64,000 nucleotides of DNA, taken from the NCBI GenBank assembly GCA_963692915.1, contig OY843584.1, forward strand, positions 1,024,001-1,088,000, written 5' to 3'. The position numbers were made by a program, and so were the translations under genes. The first letter of the stretch is position 1; every line of letters starts with the position of its first letter. The DNA comes from Cenarchaeum sp. (GTDB lineage Archaea > Thermoproteota > Nitrososphaeria > Nitrososphaerales > Nitrosopumilaceae). The notes under the pieces are model-generated. The model was not told where the DNA came from. It did no database searches and saw only the letters and a list, made by a program, of their open reading frames with translations. Positions 22,075-34,000 of the stretch are shown piece by piece.

Positions 22075-25000
22075 CACGCTCTGGTCCTCGGGCTCCGGCG
22101 AGGCGACATACGAGGGCTCGGCCCCAGGCAGCGCGACTGCGATGCCCATGAGGCGCAGGTACTCCTCGGCGATGGCCCGCTCCTTTTCGAGAATCTCATC
22201 AAAGAGGGCCGTCCCGCGCGAGGCGCCATGCGACGTCAGGCGGTTCTCCTCGTACATTGACTCGTCCACGTCATGGTGGAGCGAGGCGAGGTTGCGCAGC
22301 GGCGCATACGTCCCGTCAGGCGTGAGGCGGTACACGCGGTACTCGTCATCGAGCATGTACGTCACGTGGCGCGCGTCATAGTCGATTATCCCGTCAGCGT
22401 CATCATCGACGTGACCCGCGAGGAGCGGGTATAGCGTGAGCGTGCCGCCGTTGACCTCGATGCCGTGGCTCGGGTTTAGCGACTCGCCGGTGACGTGCAC
22501 GCCGTGGTTGAAAAAGTTCTGCCACGAGTTGCGCCTGTCGTCCCAGACGACTGTCGAGACGACGTCAAACTCTAGTGGCTCGAGGAACGTGTGCGATATC
22601 GTGACGATGAGGCACTCGGCAGCCGATCCGGCCATGCACTCGCCGACTGCTGACTCGGCGCGCAGCGTCTTGACGTCAAGGGCAGATGCCGGATCCTCAA
22701 GTGACACTGTCGGCTCGCCGCTAAATGGCAGGCTTACCCTAATTTCTGCCTGTGACTCTGAAAAGTGCTGCCCGCGCGTGAGGCCAAATCCGAGACCCAC
22801 GTGGCGCACGTTCTGCGGTCCGGTGTCCTCAAATATCTTGATGACTGCCGTGTTCTCCTGGCCCGTCTCCACCGTGATTAGCGGGAGCGGCGTGTAATAG
22901 TACTCGGCGTCTATCGTGTCGGCATTGTACGAGAATCCGCCGGCGACCCTGCGCACGCCCGTGCTGTCTATTCCTAGCGTCGGCGGCGTGCAGTCATCGC
23001 ACCCGTCGCCGCCTCCGCCCACGCGTATGCCCTGCGAGCTGCCGCCAAACTGCGTAAAGTGGTTCGTCCAGATGAGAATGTCCCCGCCGTCGCGCACGTG
23101 GCAGTCGCGCGCAAGGGCCTCTGTCATCGCGTCGCCGAGTGCAGGCTTTGTCTCGGCGTCAATGTCCTCGAATCCGGCGTCATCGCAAGTCTGTATCGCA
23201 GTCACCCGCACGCGGTCCTCGCCGGCGACGTGGAGCGGCTCTCCGTCCTGGACCGCCTCCATGTAGAATATGTGGTCTGACTCTGAAATGCCATCTAGCC
23301 TGATCAGGACCGGCGCCGAGAACAGGACCATGTCTGCATCAGACCTCTTGCCCAGCGTGAGGAAGGCCGCCGGCTCACTGGAGGTGATGGCCCGCGCTGC
23401 GCGCTCGTTGGCCGTTTGCGCTGCCTCGTCATCGGCGTCAGGTGCGCCGTGGTATGTCAGGTCGTCCAGGCGGCGCGCGAGCTCGGCGAGGAGCGTGCCC
23501 GGCGAGACGCCCTCGTCTGTCTCGCCTAGCGCCCTGATCACGGTCCCGCTGAATATCGTGACCTCGTGGCGCCCGAGGCGAATCGTAATGTCCGCGTCAA
23601 TCGTGCCGTCATCGGCCACAACGTCGTCTGTGAGGAGCCTTACCGGCCCGATGAGCCTTCCGCGATCATCAGGCGCGCTGATCGTTACTGGGAGTGCGCC
23701 GGTGGGCGGCACGATGAGCGTGTCTGACTCGATCTCCCCGCCCTCGCCGATCGTGACCTCTTGTGGCACAAACGAGTTGCCGGCAAGGTCGGTGATGCCG
23801 GCCTCTATCGTGAATATGTACGTGCCCGGCTCTAGCGCGAGGTCCGCAGTCGCGTCACTGGCCGAGATCACGTCGCTGCCTGCCGGCTGTTCTGGCCTGA
23901 TCTCCAGGGCCGCTGACGGGTCTGTCGCGCCATCTGGCGTCGCGTCGTCACTCGCCGAGACGTCGCCCGTGCCGGTGACGTCCTCGGAGAAGACGAACTG
24001 GACCAGGTCTGATGACGTTCTCAGGACGGCCTCGATGCTCGGCATGCTGACGTCCACGCGAACCGGCGGATCGCTGGTCTGGTCCTCCCGCGTGAACATC
24101 GCCTCGTTGGAGGGGATCACGGCGTCATTGACGGTGATGGTGAACTCTAGTGGCCCGTCAGGCGTCCACGAGCCGGGCACGGCGATGTCTGCTGATGTGG
24201 CCGTCATGTCGCCGTTGCTCAGCGCCATCGTGGCCTGCACGTTTAGCGCCGAGATGGTCGGCAGCGAGGTGGTCGAGGACGGCTCGGAGAGCTCTAGCGT
24301 GACGCGTATTGCGTCACCCTCGCCGGCGATATGCGCATAGGCTCCGGTCTTTGGCACCCTTGGCGTGGCATCATCGAGGACCACGACTGCGAGCGTGACT
24401 ACCTCCGGCGGCGCGCCGTCGGCGACTCCACGTACCGCCGTGCCGTCTGCCAGGGCGTTGGCCGCCGGCGAGGCGTCAGTGATGTCAGATGACTCTCCGG
24501 CCGGCACACGGTATCCCACCGTCTGCGGGACGGCCGCCGTGTCAGCGGATCCCCATCCGGTTGCAGGCTCATAGTCTGACGGGAGCGTGAGCGTGAGCGT
24601 TTTGCCGTCTAGCGTGGCTGAGGCAAACGTCGTGGTTGCCGCGTCAAGCTCGGCGCGCGTTGGCGGGTCGACGGCCGAGTCATAGTGGAACCAGCGCGAG
24701 GCGTCGATGCCGCCCTCGGCTGCCATGACGTCCTCGTCAAACGTCACCGTGAGCGCCGTCGAGCTCGCAGTGGCCGGCTTGAATAGCGGGGCCAGGCCGT
24801 CAGCAGCTATCACTGCGCGATCGGATATGGGACGCATGTTGATCGTCGAGATTATGGGCGTCGCGCCGTCTCCGGTCGGCGCCCTGTACGCCACGAGGGG
24901 CGTCGCGCCCGAGTTCGGCGCGACGTATGCGAGGTATATCGTGTTGGGCTCAGGCTCGGCCCCATCTGAGCATATGTCGACCATGTTGACAAGCGCCTGT

Positions 25001-28000
25001 ACCACGGGGTCTGCGCCGGCCGTGCAGACTGCCGAGAGCGAGGCTGCAGCCGCGCCGCCGGTCCCGTCGGGATCCACGCCGATGAACCACTCGCCGGCAG
25101 CCGTCCTGCCCGCCGTGCTGTCATCGAGGACGATCCTGATGTACTCGCCAGAGGCTGCCCTGAACGTCGATGCCGTGAACGCGAGTATGTCCTGGAACAT
25201 GACATTCACAAATGACGCGTTTGCCTCTAGCGTGTTGCCGCCGCCATCCTGCACGCTTGCGCGCGCGATGCTGACTGTGTGCGCCACGCCCTCGACTGCC
25301 GGCGGATCGACGGTGAGGACGACTATGCTGTCTGACATGCCGGCCGTGGCGTCGGTGACGGTGAGTCCGGAGACTGTCAGGCCGGCGCGGTTCCTGATGC
25401 TGACATCCTCGTTGAACGTGATGTGGACCTCTGTTGCCGTGTCAAAGACTGCCGAGACTGCCTCTGGCGGGATGGCATCAGCGGCAGTCACGTCAGTCGT
25501 CGTCTCTAGCGCGTTGGCCATGTCGCCCTCCAGGGGCACGTCGGTGAGGCCGTTAGACGGCATCGTAAAGCTCACAGTCGGCGTGGCGCCCGGTCCCCAG
25601 ACGGGGAATGGGTTAACAGCGGGATCCTTGTGGCCGACATAGAACGGGGTGGTGAACTCGGATGACGCCAGTATCGTGTCATCGTTCCTCTGAGCACTCA
25701 TCGGATGAGGCTCGTCAGCCACCGCGTTTACGGCCCGCCCTGTGCCATCTGGCGTCACCAGGTCAGATGACGGCACGTCAAGTGTCCACTCGGTGGCCGC
25801 AGTCGTGCCCTGGACGGGCTCGCTGAACGTTACGATGACGTGCGAGGCGTTGAACGTGCGCGCGACATACGTCGGCGGCGTGACGTCAGGCGCATAGTCT
25901 GAGGCAGAGCCGGGCACTATGTCGTTGCCGTTGGCGTCAGTCACGCGCGTGGGCAGCGTGAGCGTGTACATGACGCGCTCTGTTGCCATGTCCGTCCTCA
26001 GCGTGAACGACTCGGCGTTAGCCACATAGTTGACCCTGAGCGAGCCGAGGCGCGGGTTTAGGCTGTTCGTTGGGAGCGTCGTGCCCAGGGAGCCGGCGTT
26101 GACAGGCTCGCTCATCGTGACTGTGATCATGGTGAGGCTCGTGAACTCTATGGACTCGAGGCTCGGGCGTATGCGGTCCATTGCCGTGACCATGGCGTCA
26201 TCAAGCGGGTTGCCGGCGATATCAAGGAGGGCTGGCGTCGCGCGGGCAGTGAACTCGACTGTCGGCGTCGCCCCGCCGCCGGCAAGCGCGCCGGCCTGCG
26301 AGAGGTCGAGTGTGATCGTGCGCTCATCTGAGAGCGTCAGGTCGCCAGTCTGCGTCGAGCCCTCAGAGGTGATGCTCTCGACAACAGTGCCACCGACTGT
26401 CCACTCGGCGGCCTCTGTGGTTCCTGACACGTCCTCGCTGAATGACACGGTGACCTCGTCGAGGTCGACCGTCTGGGCCGTGATCGTCGGCACCGTGCGG
26501 TCTATTGCCGGCCGCGTCACCGAGAGGGCCGTCTCGCGTATCTCGCTCATCGCGTCGCTCACCGCGCCGGTGGCCGACATCACAAAGGTAAAGTCAATGT
26601 CCGTTGTGCCGGCCTCGACGGTGTACGCGGCGGTCCACTCGTCAGTCATGCCGACGCGCGTCATCGTGACTGCGTCAGCTGGGGCCGTCTTGCCCACAAA
26701 GAGGATCGTCGGCGCCTCGCTGACGTCCTCATCAAGCGTGACAGACACTCCGATCACGTCTCCGGCGCGCGCATATTCTGTGTACGGTGCGGCGCGCGGT
26801 GTCGTGCCGTCAGACTCGAATACCGTGTACGATATCGCCGTCGCCATCGGCCCGTCAGTGGCCTCGGCCTCTATGCGCGCAGATACCTCGGCGCGCGCGT
26901 TGCCGGCCACGTCAGTGACTGTAGCCGGTATGGCGATCTCCCACGTGCCTTGCGCCGGCATGGTGGTGAACGTTGCTGTCGCCGTGCGGTCGCCGTCGTC
27001 GTGCGTAAAGGCCTGCGTGGTCGTGCTGTCGTTTGGCCTCGTGAGCGTTAGCGTGTCTACGCCGTTGACCGGCTCGCTGAACGTGATCGTGAGCGTGCTG
27101 CCCGAAAAGGCCGCGTTCGCCGTCGGCCTCACACCGTCAGTGGCGGTGATCTCGGCGCCTGACGGCACGACGTTGCGGCCGGCGTCTGCGAGGCCCGTGC
27201 CCGTGTACGTGAGGACCGGCGCAAATGACGTGTCGTCGATCGCCGTGTACGTGATCGTCACGGTGTTGCCCGAGACTTCCGCCGTGGAGATTGCGGCCGT
27301 CACGTCAGGCTCCAGCGTCGCGTCGGTGGCGGCCCAGTCGCCGGGCTCAGTGTCGGCCGAGGACGGGAGCGACTCTGAAAGCGTGACTGTGAGCCCGCCT
27401 GTCGAGACCGTGGCCGCCGAGGCCAGGCTGGGCACGCTCGAGTCGACGGTGACGTTCGTGCCCGTCAGGTCGGCCTGCGTGAGCGCCGCCGTGTTGCCGG
27501 CAGTGTCGCGTATCGTCAGGCTGAACGTGAGCGTGCCGCTGGCGTCCGAGTCGAGTATCGTGCGCACGTACGAGTACGCGTTGCCCGCCGCAGTGTCCAC
27601 CGAGTCGGCGGCAGTTGACGCCCCAAAGAGTGCAATGTCGCCGACTGCCGTGAGGAGCGGCTCGCTGGCCGCGACGTTGACGCGGACGTCATCGCCAATG
27701 CCGGCGATCGTGCCCGATGCGGCGTCGCTGCCCTCGCCCTCGAGCCTCACAGTCGCAGTTACTGTCGCCGTCGGCCGTGCCGTGTCGATCAGGGGCAGCG
27801 TGACTGTCGTGGTCGAGGCCAGGCCGTCCATGTCCGTTATCCTCGCGACGTTGCCGTTGTTGCCGGTGGCCACGATGAGAATGTCCAGCGGGTCTGTGGC
27901 CGTGGCGCTGCCATGCTCTGCGTCCACGACATAATCGTGGCGCCACGTCGAGGCGTCAGCGTCGCCTGCGTCAGTCATGGCCGCCGACGTCGTGCCCCTG

Positions 28001-31000
28001 CCGGCCAGCGTTATCTGCGGCACCGCAGTCACGTCCTCGTCGAGGTCGAGGGTTATGCGTATCGTGTCGCCTATTCCGGCCAGGTTGGCGTACGTGCCGG
28101 ACTTGTCGGCCAGCGGCGAGCCGACCCTCACGGTGAACGTGAGCGTGGAGGCCTCTGGCGGGCTGTACGTCGCGTCCTCGGCGCTCGTGGTGAACGCGAT
28201 GCCGGCCCTGTCGCGCAGCTCGGTCGGCAGCGTGACGGTGTGGACGACGTCGGCAGTCGCGCCGTCTGCGAGCGTGAGTGTGATCGTGCGGGCCGTGGCG
28301 TCATAGTTTACCGGGTCTGTGGCCGCGAGCGGGACATCGTCCGGATCGGTGCCCGAGTCGGCACCGTCAGGCACAGTCACGTCATACGTGTAGCCCTCTA
28401 TGGCAGAGTCGGCGCCGGCGAGTGGCTCAGACAGCGTGATGACAATCGTGTCAGCCTCGGTGAACGCCGCCGAGGAGATCGCCGGCGCCACGCGGTCTAT
28501 TGTCGGCGGCATCGTCGAGGCCTCCGTCACCGTGCCCTCCGCACCCGTGTCGCCCGTGACAGTCGCGATGAACGTGAACGCGTTGCCTGTCGCTGCCGTG
28601 TCACCCGCGTCTGCCAGAACGGTGTACTCGGTCGACCAGTCCCTGGCGGTGCTGCCCTGCGTCATCATGACGGAGCTTGTGGAGCCCGCAAGGCGAACCG
28701 TGGGTGGCGTGGTGACAGTCTCGGAGAGCTCGAATGAGAGCACGATCACGTCACCGACGACGGCGTGGTTATCGTACGGCGCTGTCTTTGCGTTGCCCGT
28801 GCTCTGGTCCTGCACCTCATAGGTGACTGTCGCCGTCGGCGCGTTGGTGCGAATGGCATCCACGGTCACCGTGGCGCGCGCGTTGTCAGAGGCGTCAGTG
28901 ACCCTGGCCGGTATCGTGACCTGCCACGTGCCGACTGCTATTGGCGTGCTGAGTGCTATTGTCGCAGTATTCGTGCCGTCGGTGTGGTCGACATTGCGCA
29001 GGACGGCCGAGCCGGTTGGCGGCCTGACGCTCAGCGTCGGCATCACATTGTCGACCGGCTCGCTGAACGTTATGAGGATCGAGTTGGCCACAAAGGCCGC
29101 CTCAGCCGTCGGGTTTATGCCGTCAGCGGCGGTGACGGGGCCTCCGCCCAGCGCGTTGCGCGCCGCGTCAGCCGGCGCTCCAGAGGACGGCGCCGTGTAC
29201 GTGACCTCTGGGCTGAACGACGTGTCCTCGATTCCCGTGTACGTGAGCGTCACGGTACTGCCCGAGACGTCTGCTGTGGAGATGGCGGCCGTCACGGCTG
29301 GATCCGTGTCGATTGCCGACCAGTGTCCGGCCATGGACGTTCCAGTGACTGCCTCGGAGAGCGTGACTGTGAGCGTCGTAGTCGATGCCGTTATCGCAGA
29401 CGTGATGGTCGGCGCGTCGGCGTCGACGGTGACGTTCGTGCCGTCCACGTCGGCCTGCGTGAGCGTCGCCGTGTTGCCGGCCCTGTCGCTCATCGTCAGG
29501 CTGAACGCGAGCGGGCCGTTGGCATCCGAGTCGACTATTGTGCGCACGTACGAGTACGCGTTGGACGCGCCTGTATCCACCGAGTCGGCATCAGTCGACG
29601 TCCCAAAGAGCGCAATGTCGCCGACGGCCGTGACGAGCGGCTCGCTGGCCGCGACGTTGACGCGGACGACGTCGTCGATGCCGGCCAGCGTGACAGTGGA
29701 CGAGTCTGTCGATGCGCCCTCGAGCCTCACCGTCGTGGTGAGCGACGAGTCCGTCGGTGCCGTCCTGTCTATGGCCGGCCGGTGCACACTCAGCGTGCCC
29801 ACGTGTCCGGTCGTGGCAGTTATCGTGCCGGGGTTGTCGCCGTCGGTGACCATTATCGTAAAGTCCAGCTCGGCCGTCTCTGTCGTCGTGGTCGACACGG
29901 TGAGGTCATAGCGCCACGTCGTCGCGTCGCCGTCTGCCCTGTCGTCCATCGATATGCCTGTCGCGCCGGCTATGTCTATGGTCGGCGTGCCAGAGGCGTC
30001 CTCGTTGAGCGTGATGTCCAGGCGGATTGTGTCGTCGATGCCGGCAAAGCCTGCGGCGGCGCCAGTCTTTGCCGGAAGCGTGGCGGCACCGTCATGGACC
30101 GTGACGGATATCACCGTGGCCATTGGCGGAATCGTGTCCCTCTTTGGCACCGTGACGTCGCTGTCGTCAGTCGCCGCGTCCCCGTCTGGGTTGGATATGG
30201 GCACGTACGCGTTAGTCGCCGTGTCCATGACTGCCGCATCGATGACGACCTTGTACGCCTCGTACGTGTCGTCTGCGCTCAGGCGGATCAAGACCATCGA
30301 GGCAGCAGAGGCCGAGGCGCCGTCCATGTATCTGACCCCGTCATCGTCGTATGTCGCGTCAAGTGCCAGCTCGGCCGAGCGCGTCGCAGGCTCGGTGAAC
30401 CCATAAACCTCAAAGTTGGCCGCGATGACGGTGGACATGACAAGACCCTCGTTGAACGTGAGCGTTATCGTGCGCGTCGTGTCATCATGCGACGTGTTGG
30501 TGACTGACGGCGCGACGGCGTCGACATCCACGTTCGCGGCCGTCAGGTCGGTCTGCGTGACTGTCGCCGTGTTGCCCGCAGTGTCAGTCATGGTCAGGCT
30601 GAACGCGAGTGGGCCGCTGGCGTCCGAGTCAAGTATCGTGCGATCGTACGTGTACAGGTTGTTCGTGCCCGGCGTGACTGCGTCGGCGTTGGCGCCGGTG
30701 CGGCCAAAGAAGACAATGTCAGTGGCGGCCGTGACGAGCTCCTCGCCGGCCGTGAGGCGCACGAGGACATCATCACCGATGGCCGCCACAGTGTTGGCTG
30801 CCGCGTCGGCGGACTCCCCTGAGAGCATTACGGCGGCGGTGAGCGCCGTGGCCGTCGGCAGCACCGTGTCGATCTCGGGCAGCGTGACTGTCGTGCCCGA
30901 GGCCAGGCCGTTCATGTCCGTTATCCTCGCGACGTTGCCGTTTGTGCCGGTGGCGACGATGAGGATGTCCAGCGGGGCCGACGTCGTGGTGCTTGCGTGC

Positions 31001-34000
31001 GTTGCTTCCACGACGTGGTCGTGTCTCCACGTCGAGGCATCAGCGTCGCCTGCGTTGGTCATGGCCACCGATGTCGTGCTCCTGCCTGCCAGCGTTATCT
31101 GCGGAGGCGCCGTCACGTCCTCGTCGAGGTCTAGGTCTATGCGTATCGTGTTGCCGATGCCGGCCAGGTTGGCGTTTGCGTCAGTCTTTGCGGCCAGCGG
31201 CGAGCCGGTCATCACGGTGAACTCGAGCGTGGAGGCCGCTGGCGGGTCGTACGTCGCGTCATCTGTCCTCGTGGTGAACGCGATGCCTGCCCCGTCGACC
31301 AGCGCGGTCGGCAGCTCTACTGTGTAGGCCACGTCGGCAGTCGCGTCATCCTCGAGCGTTAGCGTGATCGTGAGGGCCGTGGAGTCATAGTTTACCGGGT
31401 TTGTGCTTGCCAGATCTATGACGTCCCGATTGGCGTCCGCATCGTCCGGCTTGTTCGTGTTGTCAGGGGCAGTCAGGCCGTACGTGTATCCCTCTATGGT
31501 CGAGTCGGCTCCGGTGAGGACCTCAGAGAGCGTGATGACGATCGTGTCAGCCTCGGTGAACTCTGCTGAGGTTATCCTCGGCGCCACGCGGTCTATTGTC
31601 GGCGGCGTCGCCAGGGCCTCTGTCACAGGGCGCGTCGAGCCCGAGTTGCCCTCGATAGTCGCGGTGAACGTGAACGGGCTGCCGGCCGCTGCCGTGTCAC
31701 CCGTGTCTGCTAGAACGGTGTACGTCGCGCGCCACACGTCAGTCGAGCCGACCTGAACCATCGTGACGGGGTTTGTCGTCGCGCCCGCAAAGAGGACAGT
31801 CGGCGCCGTGGTGACGGACTCTGATAGCGTGAGCGAGAGCCTGATCATGTCGTCGACGCGCGCGTGGTTTGCGTACGGCGCGGTGCGCTGCGTTGTGCCG
31901 TCAGACTCGAATACCGCATAGGCTGCCGTCGCCGTCGGCGCCGCGCTGCGCTCGGCAGTGAGACTTGATGATGCCGCGGCGCGCGCGTTGCCGACCACGT
32001 CAGTGACTGCTGCCGGTATGGTGACCGTCCATATGCCGGCCTCTATGTCCAAGTCGGTGATGGAGCTTATTGTCACAGTCGTCGCGCCGTCGGTGTGGTC
32101 AGCCGTGCGCGAGACTGCCTCCGTTGTTGGTGGCTTTACGCTCAGCGTTGTCGGCACGTTGTAGACGTTCTCGTCGAACGTTATGACTATCGAGTTGCCC
32201 GAGAACACGGCCTCTGCCGTTGGCGCGGCGCGGTCGATTATCGGTGAGGTCTGCGTGTCGGCGTTGACGGTGCGCGTCGAGCCCGTGTCGCCCGTGAGCG
32301 TCGCGGCAAACGTGAGCCTGCCGTCGATGTTCGGCGCTACGGCTGTCGTCTCTACCTCGTATGGCGCCCGCCACTCGTTGGTGTCGCCGACGCGCACCAT
32401 GTTGCCGCCTGTTGCCGTCCTGCCCACAAAGGTGACCCTCGGGGCAGTCTCGACGTTCTCGTCGAGCGTGAGCGAGAGGATGATCGTGTCGCCTGCGCGC
32501 GCGTGGTTCTGGTACGGCGAGGGCCTCTCATTGCCGGTGCGCTGGTCCTGCACCTCGTAGTCGACTGTCGCCATTGGGGCATCCTCGCGCTCGGCCATGA
32601 CGCTAGCCGTGGCGCGCGCGTTGTCAGACGCGTCGAGGACTGTTGCCGGTATGTCGACTGTCCACGTGCCTATTGCTATCGGCTCAGTTAGGGCTATCCT
32701 CACAGTCGCCTCACCGGTGGTGTGGCTTGGGGTCTCGGTCGTGGTCGTGGGCGTGGGCGTAGTCGGCGCCGTGACGTCCATTGTCGTCACGCCTTTGACA
32801 GGCTCGCTGAACGTTATGACGATAGAGTTGCCCGAGAATGCCGCCGTGGCAGTCGGCGCGACGCCGTCATCGGCGACTTGCTGGCTGCCAGACCCCAGGG
32901 CGTTGCGGCCGGCGTCGACTATGCCCGTGCCCGTGTACTCTACTCTTGGCGCAAATGACGTGTCTTCGATCGCCGTGTACGTGAGCGTCACTGTGGTGGG
33001 CATCCCTGACGGGGTCGCGAGAACCGCACTAGAGATCGCCGCCGTCGTCGTGCCATCACTTGCTGACCACATGCCGGCGCCCGTGACTGCCTCAGACAGC
33101 GTGACTGTGAGCGTCGTGGTGGATGTGGTCTCTGCAGACGTGATGGTAGGTATCGTGGCGTCGACTGACACGTGTGGGCTGCCAAAGGTTTCTGTAAGGG
33201 TCATTCCGAGTTGGTTGCCGGCCCTGTCACTGATGGTCAGGGCGAACGTGATCGAGCCGTTGGGGTCACCTTCCGCGATCGTGCGGATGTACGCGTACGT
33301 GTGAACGGGGACGGTGATGCCGGTACCGGTGTCGGTGAACGTCTCCATGCCGGTGAACACTACCGAGTCGGCGTTCACGGTGCTGTCGCCCGTCAGGCCA
33401 AAGAGCGCAATGTCAGTATTCACCGTGTCGAGGGGCTCCTCTGTCTTCACGATGATGCGAACCTGGTCGCCGATGCCGGCAAGTGTGACAGTTTCCGAGT
33501 CTGATGACTCGCCGGCGAGCCTCACGCTTGAGGTAATCTCGCGCAGCATCGGCGCCGTACTGTCTATGGTCGGCAGGCTCGGGCTCAGCGTGCCCACGTG
33601 CCCGGTCATCGCCGTTATCTCGCCTTCGTTTGAGCTGCCGTCGGTGGCCGTTATCGTAAAGGTCAGCACGCCCTCGTCCGTCATGGCCGACACGTCGAGG
33701 TCATAGCGCCACGTCGTCGCGTCGCCGTCTCCCCTGTCGTCCATATTCTCGTCAGTCTCGCCGGCCACGTCTATGGTCGGCGTGCTAGAGGCGTCCTCGT
33801 CGAGCGTGATGTCCAGGCGGATCGTGTCGTCGATGCCGGCAAAGGTCGCATACTGGCCGGTCTTTGCCGGGTTTGAGTCAGGTGCGCCGTCGTGGACTGT
33901 GATTGTTATCTCTGTGGCCCGCGGGGCAGTCATGTCGGCCTTTTCGACGTCGATGTCGTCAGTGTCTGCGTCACCGTCGGGGTTGTCTATGGGCACGTAC

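Noticed and set aside
33727-33735. RGD integrin-binding motif in the giant protein (also about 50925 and 56060)
   Set aside because: About three occurrences in 14,000 D/G-rich residues is what chance predicts, and the paralogous module has RAD instead.
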